The notes below the pieces were generated by a model. The model searched no databases. It was given only the letters and a program-made list of their open reading frames with translations, and was not told where the DNA came from. 5,183 nucleotides of DNA from a virus (taxonomy: Duplodnaviria; Heunggongvirae; Uroviricota; Caudoviricetes), in IMG/VR virus record IMGVR_UViG_2667527959_000003, positions 1 through 5,183 of that record; one strand, given 5' to 3'. The position numbers were made by a program, and so were the translations under genes. Positions 1 to 5,168 of the stretch are shown one piece after another. Position 1 is the stretch's first letter, and each line of letters starts with the position of its first letter.

Positions 1-126
1 ATGATTATTCGCCAACGCGTAAAGCCAATGCCATCGAGAGAGGAATTGCTTAAGAGAAAGAGTTTCGGTTCTGTTAATGACAACAAATATCTGAATGCGA
101 TGTGGCGCAAAGGAGGCAACCAGTGA
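1..126 (+). CDS. 3' end of an upstream gene (5'-truncated by window edge), hypothetical protein
   Basis: Open frame from base 1 with no stop until TGA at 124-126 ([10 protein letters not shown]...AMWRKGGNQ*). The stop overlaps the GTG start of the next gene (GTGA at 123-126), the same coupling seen throughout the chain. The ATG at position 1 is probably coincidental. Confidence 0.4.
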   Translation: MIIRQRVKPMPSREELLKRKSFGSVNDNKYLNAMWRKGGNQ

Positions 127-815
127 GCAAGATTGACTATCAGGTACTGCGTGAGGCAGCAGTAGCAATTGAAACAGTAGCAACACCTCAAAAATTGCTG
201 GCATTTCGTATGAAAGTCACACCTCAGGTTGTGCTGGCTCTACTGGATGAACGAGATGCATTAAATGAACGCCTAGCCGAACTGGAGGCTGATTTAGCAG
301 GGCTGGCCGAAGACCACCAGAAAGCGACTGAGTCAATTAAGCAGGCTGATGCAGCTGTTAAGTTGGCACACGAGAAGTTTTCGGCGCTGGCGGCGGAGAA
401 TGCGATGTTGAAGCAACGGACACAGCAACTTATCGACATCATTAGTAATACTGACAATGACTACTGCATGTGTGGTTCTGCTATGAAAGACCACGTGCAC
501 GGCGGATGTGGTTATCCTACTGGCATGTTCGATTATTACTACAACCAGTGGCTGGAGTCAGATAACAAAACCCCAGCCACCGACGCTTTCCTGGCTGAAG
601 TACGGGCAAGTGCTATTCCAGATGAAGCGACGGAGCGTGATTTATTCGAAGAATGGGTAATGGAGAAGATATTCATCTCTAAGACCACGCTAGAAGGTTT
701 GCGCACTGATGACGGCTACCGCAACTCAACTCTTTCCGGTACTGATTACAACGGAATGTGGTCGCAGTGGAAAGCAATTCGCGCCGCCCAACTTCGCCAG
801 GAGGCAGCCCAATGA
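123..815 (+). CDS. Ea22-like protein (N-terminal Ea22-type coiled-coil region plus C-terminal domain with a Cys/His cluster), about 230 aa
   Basis: ORF track frame 102..815. I prefer the GTG at 123 because AAGGAGG at 110-116 lies 6 nt upstream and the start overlaps the upstream stop. The N-terminus [13 protein letters not shown]...VVLALLDE...LAELEADL is paralogous to the next gene and matches my recollection of the Ea22/ead family. Start could alternatively be GTG at 102. Confidence 0.7.
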   Translation: MSKIDYQVLREAAVAIETVATPQKLLAFRMKVTPQVVLALLDERDALNERLAELEADLAGLAEDHQKATESIKQADAAVKLAHEKFSALAAENAMLKQRTQQLIDIISNTDNDYCMCGSAMKDHVHGGCGYPTGMFDYYYNQWLESDNKTPATDAFLAEVRASAIPDEATERDLFEEWVMEKIFISKTTLEGLRTDDGYRNSTLSGTDYNGMWSQWKAIRAAQLRQEAAQ

Positions 816-1189
816 GCAACATCGACAAACAGGCGCTGCGTGAAATCGCAGCGGCAGCAGTTGGCGCACATGAGCGCCTTAGTGTTATGCCGCCTGATGA
901 CATTTTCGATATCTCACTGGCAGAAGGAACTCAGCTTGATGCAGATATCACTGCCTTGAACGCGCTGAACTCCGCAGCCAACCCCGCCACCGTGCTGGCG
1001 CTGCTGGATGAGTTGGAAATCGCAGAGAAGCGAATCGCTGAACTGGAAGCGAAGCTCGATAGCGCAGATAAATTGCAAGATAGCGCATTTCGTCATGGTC
1101 TTCAGCATGGCTTCAGTTTAGGTCAAACGGATAATCAGGCTGGATTTGAAGAGTGCTTATCTGCCTATGGCACCGGTAAAGGAGAGTGA
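812..1189 (+). CDS. Ea22-like protein, short paralogue (125 aa)
   Basis: ATG at 812 overlaps the upstream stop (ATGA, 812-815) and AGGAGG at 799-804 lies 7 nt upstream. The ORF track's 758 start is an in-frame extension into the upstream gene. N-terminus [16 protein letters not shown]...PATVLALLDELEIAEKRIAELEAKL parallels the preceding gene. Confidence 0.7.
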   Translation: MSNIDKQALREIAAAAVGAHERLSVMPPDDIFDISLAEGTQLDADITALNALNSAANPATVLALLDELEIAEKRIAELEAKLDSADKLQDSAFRHGLQHGFSLGQTDNQAGFEECLSAYGTGKGE

Positions 1190-1191
1190 AT

Positions 1192-1464
1192 GTGAAAAAT
1201 TATCTCAGCAATTTAGCCAGCATGCTTCAGGGGATTGCAGGTGTCATTTCAGACGGCGAGCGGGTGCAGAAAGAGTGCCCTGCGCACTTAAAGTCAGCAC
1301 TACTCGAGGCTTCTCACGCGCTAGATGGTCAATCGGTCAGGGTCAATTATCCGCCTAATGGAAAGCCTGAAATTGTTAATGCCCGCGGACACCATCGACC
1401 GCTTACCTTCCGGGAACGAGTGGCAATCCGCTTACTTGGTGGCAGGACGGAGATTCGCCCATGA
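1192..1464 (+). CDS. Hypothetical protein (about 90 aa)
   Basis: ORF track 1186..1464. GTG at 1192 sits 7 nt after GGAG (1181-1184), whereas GTG at 1186 overlaps the upstream stop but has no spacer. The 3' end is coupled to the next gene by ATGA (1461-1464). No recognisable motif. Confidence 0.55.
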   Translation: MKNYLSNLASMLQGIAGVISDGERVQKECPAHLKSALLEASHALDGQSVRVNYPPNGKPEIVNARGHHRPLTFRERVAIRLLGGRTEIRP

Positions 1465-2282
1465 GCACTATTACCAGAGAACTGGCAAAGCTGTTCAGAA
1501 AAATTACGAATTCTGAAATTGATGCGGAGGGTAACGCTCATGTTGTTTTATCTCCTGCTGATAGCCTCCTGATTAATAATGCGCGTATAGCACTGGCATC
1601 GCTCGAAGCAGAGCCTGTGGCGTATATGGTTGGCACGCAACTTCTGGAAAACATGACACAGGCGATTGCGTACAAAGCGGATACAGCCTTGCAAATTAAG
1701 CCGCTTTACACCGCCCCGTCAGCGCCGGTATCTGTTCCTGATTTGAAACCAGTTGGCTTTTTATTCGTGTCCGATGATGGCGCAGTTGCTTATTCTCCTG
1801 CTGGCTGCCCCATGAAAGGATTTAATCTAATCGGTCCGATTTACGGTGATGTGAACGCCTGCCGCGCCGCCATGCTTCAGTCCGATGGTACCCTCACCAA
1901 TGAAGGTACCATGCAGTTGTCCGGTAATTCCGAACAAATCGAACCCGTAAGTAATCGTGATGAGTTGCCGTTGGACTATCTGCAAGGTCACAAAGACGGC
2001 CTTGAATGGGCGGCGCAACTGGCAGAGGCCAATCATCCGCAAACAGGTGACTGGTTATACGACGACCCAATCGATCTTGCCAGGGCGATTCGCAAAGGTC
2101 CGGATATGCCTACTGTTCAGGCTGGCAACTCTCCGGTAACTCCGGATGGTTCAGCTAACATATTGCGGCGCTGGTTAGCATTTGGTCGCGCAATGCAAAG
2201 TTCTGGCAGTCAGTTACCTCGCCACCTGATTGCAGAAACCGAGTCCATGCTCGCAGCAGCACCGCAGCAGGAGGTGAAGTGA
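1461..2282 (+). CDS. Hypothetical protein, 273 aa, largest accessory ORF
   Basis: Long uninterrupted ORF with ATG at 1461 overlapping the upstream stop and GGAG 8 nt upstream. Ends ...AAPQQEVK*, with the last codons forming the SD for the next gene. No Walker, nuclease or other motif recognised. Confidence 0.7.
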   Translation: MSTITRELAKLFRKITNSEIDAEGNAHVVLSPADSLLINNARIALASLEAEPVAYMVGTQLLENMTQAIAYKADTALQIKPLYTAPSAPVSVPDLKPVGFLFVSDDGAVAYSPAGCPMKGFNLIGPIYGDVNACRAAMLQSDGTLTNEGTMQLSGNSEQIEPVSNRDELPLDYLQGHKDGLEWAAQLAEANHPQTGDWLYDDPIDLARAIRKGPDMPTVQAGNSPVTPDGSANILRRWLAFGRAMQSSGSQLPRHLIAETESMLAAAPQQEVK

Positions 2283-2470
2283 GTATGAGTGCATCACTTA
2301 TAACCGCCTTCAATCAAAGTGCAAATCCAAGCAATGAGCAGGTTGTTGTGTTCGGCTGGATTGCTGAGTATTTCGAAAGCATTTTCGACGATGAATCCGC
2401 TAGGTATTGCAGGAATATTTCTGAATCACTCAAAAATCAGGTTTCTGCTCAACAGGAGGTGAAGTCGTGA
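2279..2470 (+). CDS. Hypothetical small protein (about 61-63 aa)
   Basis: GTG at 2279 overlaps the upstream stop (GTGA), with an alternative ATG at 2285. AGGAGG at 2269-2274. Ends ...SAQQEVKS*. Bracketed by two copies of the CAGGAGGTGAAGT linker. Confidence 0.55.
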   Translation: MSMSASLITAFNQSANPSNEQVVVFGWIAEYFESIFDDESARYCRNISESLKNQVSAQQEVKS

Positions 2471-2679
2471 GCAAGCACATCATCAAATATGACTATCGAG
2501 AGGGAGTTAAACTCCCTAAGCACGAGATTGAGACATGGTGCGGTCATCGGCCATGGTCATTCGAATGGCTTTTTCAGGATGCTCAGCATGCGCTATTGAG
2601 CATTGATCAGGGAACGCTGTTTGTTCCTTGCAAGAATTGTCTGGCAGCAATCATCAAAACGGCGCAGGAGGTGAAGTGA
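2467..2679 (+). CDS. Hypothetical small Cys/His-containing protein (70 aa), possible zinc-binding
   Basis: GTG at 2467 overlaps the upstream stop (GTGA 2467-2470), with AGGAGG at 2454-2459 spaced 7 nt. Sequence contains WCGH...PCKNC (Cys-x-His, then Cys-x2-Cys). Ends ...TAQEVK*. Confidence 0.55.
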   Translation: MSKHIIKYDYREGVKLPKHEIETWCGHRPWSFEWLFQDAQHALLSIDQGTLFVPCKNCLAAIIKTAQEVK

Positions 2680-2963
2680 TGGACTCCTTCGCGAAATATA
2701 CGATCATTGACTGGATAGCATTCCTTCAGGTTTTGCTCATCTGGTTTTATATGGCTTACAGGAGTGGACAGTGGATTGTCAGTGTAGCCTGTAGCAAGGG
2801 ATGGCGTTGGTGGAACCGAAAGAATAAAAAAGCACTGGCATTGGATTCGTTTTACGAAGCATTCAATCTTAACAGTCTTCAGCCTGGTTCTGTCATTGTA
2901 GTCACCACTCAAAGCGGCATGACGATACAAATTCACAAGCCAAAGGAGGAAGGTCGTGGCTAA
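2679..2963 (+). CDS. Small putative membrane protein (94 aa)
   Basis: ATG at 2679 overlaps the upstream stop (TGATG), with AGGAGG at 2666-2671 spaced 7 nt. The ORF track's 2628 start is an in-frame upstream extension. Hydrophobic, Trp-rich stretch IIDWIAFLQVLLIWFYMAY...WIVSVA is consistent with one or two transmembrane helices, followed by a basic patch WRWWNRKNKK. Confidence 0.6.
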   Translation: MDSFAKYTIIDWIAFLQVLLIWFYMAYRSGQWIVSVACSKGWRWWNRKNKKALALDSFYEAFNLNSLQPGSVIVVTTQSGMTIQIHKPKEEGRG

Positions 2964-3237
2964 CCTTCAACTTGCCGTCAAAGGTGAATACTTCGATGCC
3001 ATGATTCGAGGAGAGAAAACGGAAGAGTATCGCCTGTGTAATGACTATTGGAATAAGCGAATTATGTTCCGGGAGTATGACCGCCTGATTATCACAAAGG
3101 GATATCCGAAGCGCGACGACTCCAGTCGCAGAATTGATGTTCCGTATGGAGGATATGAAGTGAAAACAATCACACACCCCCACTTCGGTGATAAACCGGT
3201 AAAGGTATACGCGATAAAGGTGAATATCAATTGCTAA
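2956..3237 (+). CDS. Hypothetical protein, 93 aa, possibly ASCH/PUA-like fold; occupies the position of lambda ea8.5
   Basis: GTG at 2956 with AGGAGG at 2944-2949 spaced 6 nt; overlaps the upstream gene by 8 nt. The motif KGEYFDAMIRGEKTEEYR resembles the N-terminal beta-strand/GxKT.E.R signature of ASCH/DUF3850-type domains, from memory only. Length and position match lambda ea8.5, but I cannot confirm identity. Confidence 0.6.
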   Translation: MANLQLAVKGEYFDAMIRGEKTEEYRLCNDYWNKRIMFREYDRLIITKGYPKRDDSSRRIDVPYGGYEVKTITHPHFGDKPVKVYAIKVNINC

Positions 3238-3261
3238 ATTAGTAGCATAGCATAAAGATGC

Positions 3262-3286
3262 TTGCATTAATGAAGTGTGTATAATA
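3262..3286 (+). promoter_or_regulatory. Putative sigma70-type promoter (perfect -10 TATAAT at 3280-3285, weak -35)
   Basis: TATAAT at 3280-3285 in the AT-rich island upstream of the small ORF at 3350. The nearest TTGCAT (3262-3267) is only 12 nt away, so the -35 is poor. AT-rich DNA throws up such hexamers by chance. Confidence 0.3.
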
Positions 3287-3349
3287 ACGCCTCATCAATA
3301 GTAAACTACTGAAATAGCAAAAAAATGCATATTAAAGAGGATTCGAAAA

Positions 3350-3541
3350 TTGAAAATGTTCATGCAAATAGACAGACGCATAGATATTAATGGCAATTCA
3401 TACTTAGTTAGATGCGAAGAGAGGCCTGACGGTGAGTGGCGTGTATATGATATTGACCGTAAGATCAATATCAGCACCATGAACAAAGACACTGCCTTTG
3501 ATGAATGGAAAGCTGAAGCTAAAAAACAACATAATTCGTAG
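3350..3541 (+). CDS. Hypothetical small protein (about 61-63 aa) in the AT-rich island
   Basis: ORF with TTG at 3350 (ATG at 3356 and 3362 in frame) and GAGG at 3337-3340. Lysine/aspartate-rich product. Sits in strongly AT-rich sequence between a putative promoter and a hairpin terminator. Confidence 0.45.
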   Translation: MKMFMQIDRRIDINGNSYLVRCEERPDGEWRVYDIDRKINISTMNKDTAFDEWKAEAKKQHNS

Positions 3542-3583
3542 AATTACAAAAACCCTAACCAATTGATGGATTTCTTTTATCTG

Positions 3584-3608
3584 AACTCGCTACGGCGAGT
3601 TTTGTTTT
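3584..3608 (+). terminator. Putative rho-independent terminator
   Basis: Inverted repeat AACTCGC (3584-3590), loop TACG, GCGAGTT (3595-3601), then a T-rich tail TTGTTTT. Confidence 0.5.
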
Positions 3609-3621
3609 ATGGAGATGATAA

Positions 3622-3789
3622 ATGCACTTTCGAGTCACAGGTGAATGGAATGGAGAGCCATTCAACAGGGTTATCGAAGCAGAGGACATCAACGACTGCT
3701 ATAACCACTGGATGCTATGGGCGCAGATAGCGCATGCAGACGTAACAAATATTCGAATTGAAGAACTGAAAGAACACCAAACCGCCTGA
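3622..3789 (+). CDS. Hypothetical small acidic protein (55 aa), absent from the supplied ORF track
   Basis: ATG at 3622 with GGAGA at 3611-3615 spaced 6 nt. Open for 55 codons (MHFRVTGEWNGEPFNRVIEAEDINDCYNHWMLWAQIAHADVTNIRIEELKEHQTA), stop TGA at 3787-3789 inside the loop of the following terminator. Confidence 0.45.
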   Translation: MHFRVTGEWNGEPFNRVIEAEDINDCYNHWMLWAQIAHADVTNIRIEELKEHQTA

Positions 3790-3802
3790 TGGCGGTTTTT
3801 TC
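3780..3802 (+). terminator. Rho-independent terminator
   Basis: Stem AACCGCC (3780-3786), loop TGAT, GGCGGTT (3791-3797), followed by a T-run (TTTTTT to 3801) then CTT. Confidence 0.65.
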
Positions 3803-3842
3803 TTGCGTGTAATTGCGGAGACTTTGCGATGTACTTGACACT
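3803..3842 (+). promoter_or_regulatory. pI-like cII-dependent promoter region (TTGC-N6-TTGC box) overlapping the start of xis
   Basis: TTGC at 3803-3806 and TTGC at 3813-3816 separated by 6 nt (GTGTAA), the cII recognition pattern known from lambda pRE and pI. In lambda the pI transcript starts just inside xis, so Int is made without Xis. Confidence 0.6.
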
Positions 3843-4047
3843 TCAGGAGTGGAACGCACGCCAGCGGCGCCCAAGAAGCCTTGAAACAGTTCGTCGATGG
3901 GTACGCGAGTGCAGGATATTCCCTCCTCCGGTTAAGGATGGAAGAGAGTATCTGTTCCACGAATCAGCGGTAAAGGTTGACTTAAATCGACCAGTAACAG
4001 GTAGCCTTTTGAAGAGGATCAGAAATGGGAAGAAGGCGAAGTCATGA
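3829..4047 (+). CDS. xis: Excisionase Xis (72 aa), lambda-type
   Basis: Product MYLTLQEWNARQRRPRSLETVRRWVRECRIFPPPVKDGREYLFHESAVKVDLNRPVTGSLLKRIRNGKKAKS matches lambda Xis as I recall it. GGAG 8 nt upstream. 23-nt overlap with int, as in lambda. Confidence 0.95.
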   Translation: MYLTLQEWNARQRRPRSLETVRRWVRECRIFPPPVKDGREYLFHESAVKVDLNRPVTGSLLKRIRNGKKAKS

Positions 4048-5095
4048 GCGCCGGGATTTACCCCCTAACCTTTATATAAGAAACAATGGATATTACTGCT
4101 ACAGGGACCCAAGGACGGGTAAAGAGTTCGGATTAGGCAGAGACAGGAGGATAGCAATTACTGAAGCAATACAGGCAAACATTGAGTTATTTTCAGGACA
4201 CAAACACAAGCCTCTGACAGCAAGAATCAACAGTGATAATTCTGTTACGTTACATTCATGGCTTGATCGCTACGAAAAAATCCTCGCCAGCAGAGGAATC
4301 AAGCAGAAGACACTCATAAATTACATGAGCAAAATTAAAGCAATAAGGAGGGGTCTGCCTGATGCTCCACTTGAAAACATCACCACAAAAGAAATTGCGG
4401 CAATGCTCAATGGATACATAGACGAGGGCAAAGCGGCGTCAGCCAAGTTAATCAGATCAACACTGAGCGATGCATTCCGAGAGGCAATAGCTGAAGGCCA
4501 TATAACAACAAACCCGGTCTCTGCCACTCGCGCAGCAAAATCAGAGGTAAGGAGATCAAGGCTTACGGCTGACGAATACCTGAAAATTTATCAAGCAGCA
4601 GAATCATCACCATGTTGGCTAAGACTTGCAATGGAACTGGCTGTTGTTACCGGGCAGCGAGTTGGTGATTTATGCGAAATGAAGTGGTCTGATATCGTAG
4701 ATGGATATCTTTATGTCGAGCAAAGCAAAACAGGCGTAAAAATTGCCATCCCAACAGCATTGCATGTTGATGCTCTCGGAATATCAATGAAGGAAACACT
4801 TGATAAATGCAAAGAGATTCTTGGCGGAGAAACCATAATTGCATCTACTCGTCGCGAACCGCTTTCATCCGGCACAGTATCAAGGTATTTTATGCGCGCA
4901 CGAAAAGCATCAGGTCTTTCCTTCGAAGGGGATCCGCCTACCTTTCACGAGTTGCGCAGTTTGTCTGCAAGACTCTATGAGAAGCAGATAAGCGATAAGT
5001 TTGCTCAACATCTTCTCGGGCATAAGTCGGACACCATGGCATCACAGTATCGTGATGACAGAGGCAGGGAGTGGGACAAAATTGAAATCAAATAA
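4025..5095 (+). CDS. int: Integrase Int (356 aa), lambda-type tyrosine recombinase
   Basis: Begins MGRRRSHERRDLPPNLYIRNNGYYCYRDPRTGKEFGLGRDRR and ends REWDKIEIK, as lambda Int does. Catalytic signature in place: R in TGQRVGDL, H..R in HELRSLSARLY, H and Y in LLGHKSDTMASQY. AGAGGA at 4013-4018 spaced 6 nt. Confidence 0.97.
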   Translation: MGRRRSHERRDLPPNLYIRNNGYYCYRDPRTGKEFGLGRDRRIAITEAIQANIELFSGHKHKPLTARINSDNSVTLHSWLDRYEKILASRGIKQKTLINYMSKIKAIRRGLPDAPLENITTKEIAAMLNGYIDEGKAASAKLIRSTLSDAFREAIAEGHITTNPVSATRAAKSEVRRSRLTADEYLKIYQAAESSPCWLRLAMELAVVTGQRVGDLCEMKWSDIVDGYLYVEQSKTGVKIAIPTALHVDALGISMKETLDKCKEILGGETIIASTRREPLSSGTVSRYFMRARKASGLSFEGDPPTFHELRSLSARLYEKQISDKFAQHLLGHKSDTMASQYRDDRGREWDKIEIK

Positions 5096-5122
5096 TGATT
5101 TTATTTTGACTGATAGTGACCT
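5093..5122 (+). promoter_or_regulatory. P' arm arm-type Int binding sites (P'3, P'2, P'1)
   Basis: ATAATGATTT (5093-5102), ATTTTGACTG (5103-5112) and ATAGTGACCT (5113-5122) are reverse complements of the arm-type sites AAATCATTAT, CAGTCAAAAT and AGGTCACTAT. P'3 overlaps the int stop codon. Confidence 0.8.
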
Positions 5123-5127
5123 GTTCG

Positions 5128-5150
5128 TTGCAACAAATTGATAAGCAATG
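5128..5150 (+). promoter_or_regulatory. IHF binding site H' in the P' arm
   Basis: CAACAAATTGATA (5131-5143) is the reverse complement of TATCAATTTGTTG, which fits the IHF consensus WATCAANNNNTTR. Located between the arm-type sites and the core, as in lambda attP. Confidence 0.7.
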
Positions 5151-5168
5151 CTTTTTTATAATGACAAC

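Noticed and set aside
1-3. ATG at window position 1 as a genuine start codon of a 41-aa gene
   Set aside because: The frame is open right from the window edge and the ORF is coupled to the downstream gene like the others, so it is more plausibly the tail of a longer upstream gene.
224-903. Minus-strand ORFs 224..457 and 679..903
   Set aside because: Both are embedded antisense in the Ea22-like genes. Their products are Ser/Ala/Cys-rich low-complexity strings typical of antisense frames of GC-balanced coding DNA.
1146-1516. Alternative-frame + strand ORFs 1146..1358 and 1325..1516
   Set aside because: They overlap, out of frame, the ORF that is coupled at both ends into the operon (1192..1464). 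No independent start signals.
2607-2936. 109-aa minus-strand ORF
   Set aside because: Antisense to the + strand operon genes at 2467-2963, with no start context. Most likely an artefact of an open antisense frame.
2902-3267. 121-aa minus-strand ORF antisense to the 93-aa gene and the end of the membrane-protein gene
   Set aside because: It lies wholly antisense to a well-supported, translationally coupled + strand gene, has no convincing SD at its start in the AT-rich region, and its product looks like low-complexity antisense translation.
3262-3267. TTGCAT as the -35 element for the TATAAT at 3280-3285
   Set aside because: The spacer would be only 12 nt, well short of the functional 16-18 nt range. 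The promoter call therefore rests on the -10 alone and is kept at low confidence.
3689-3960. Minus-strand ORFs 3689..3874 and 3715..3960 across the terminator, pI box and xis
   Set aside because: They run antisense through a strong + strand terminator and the xis coding region, and would not be expected in a lambda-type int region.
4321-4844. Minus-strand ORFs inside int (4321..4527, 4647..4844) and + strand ORF 1957..2139
   Set aside because: Nested in or antisense to confidently called genes, with no supporting signals.
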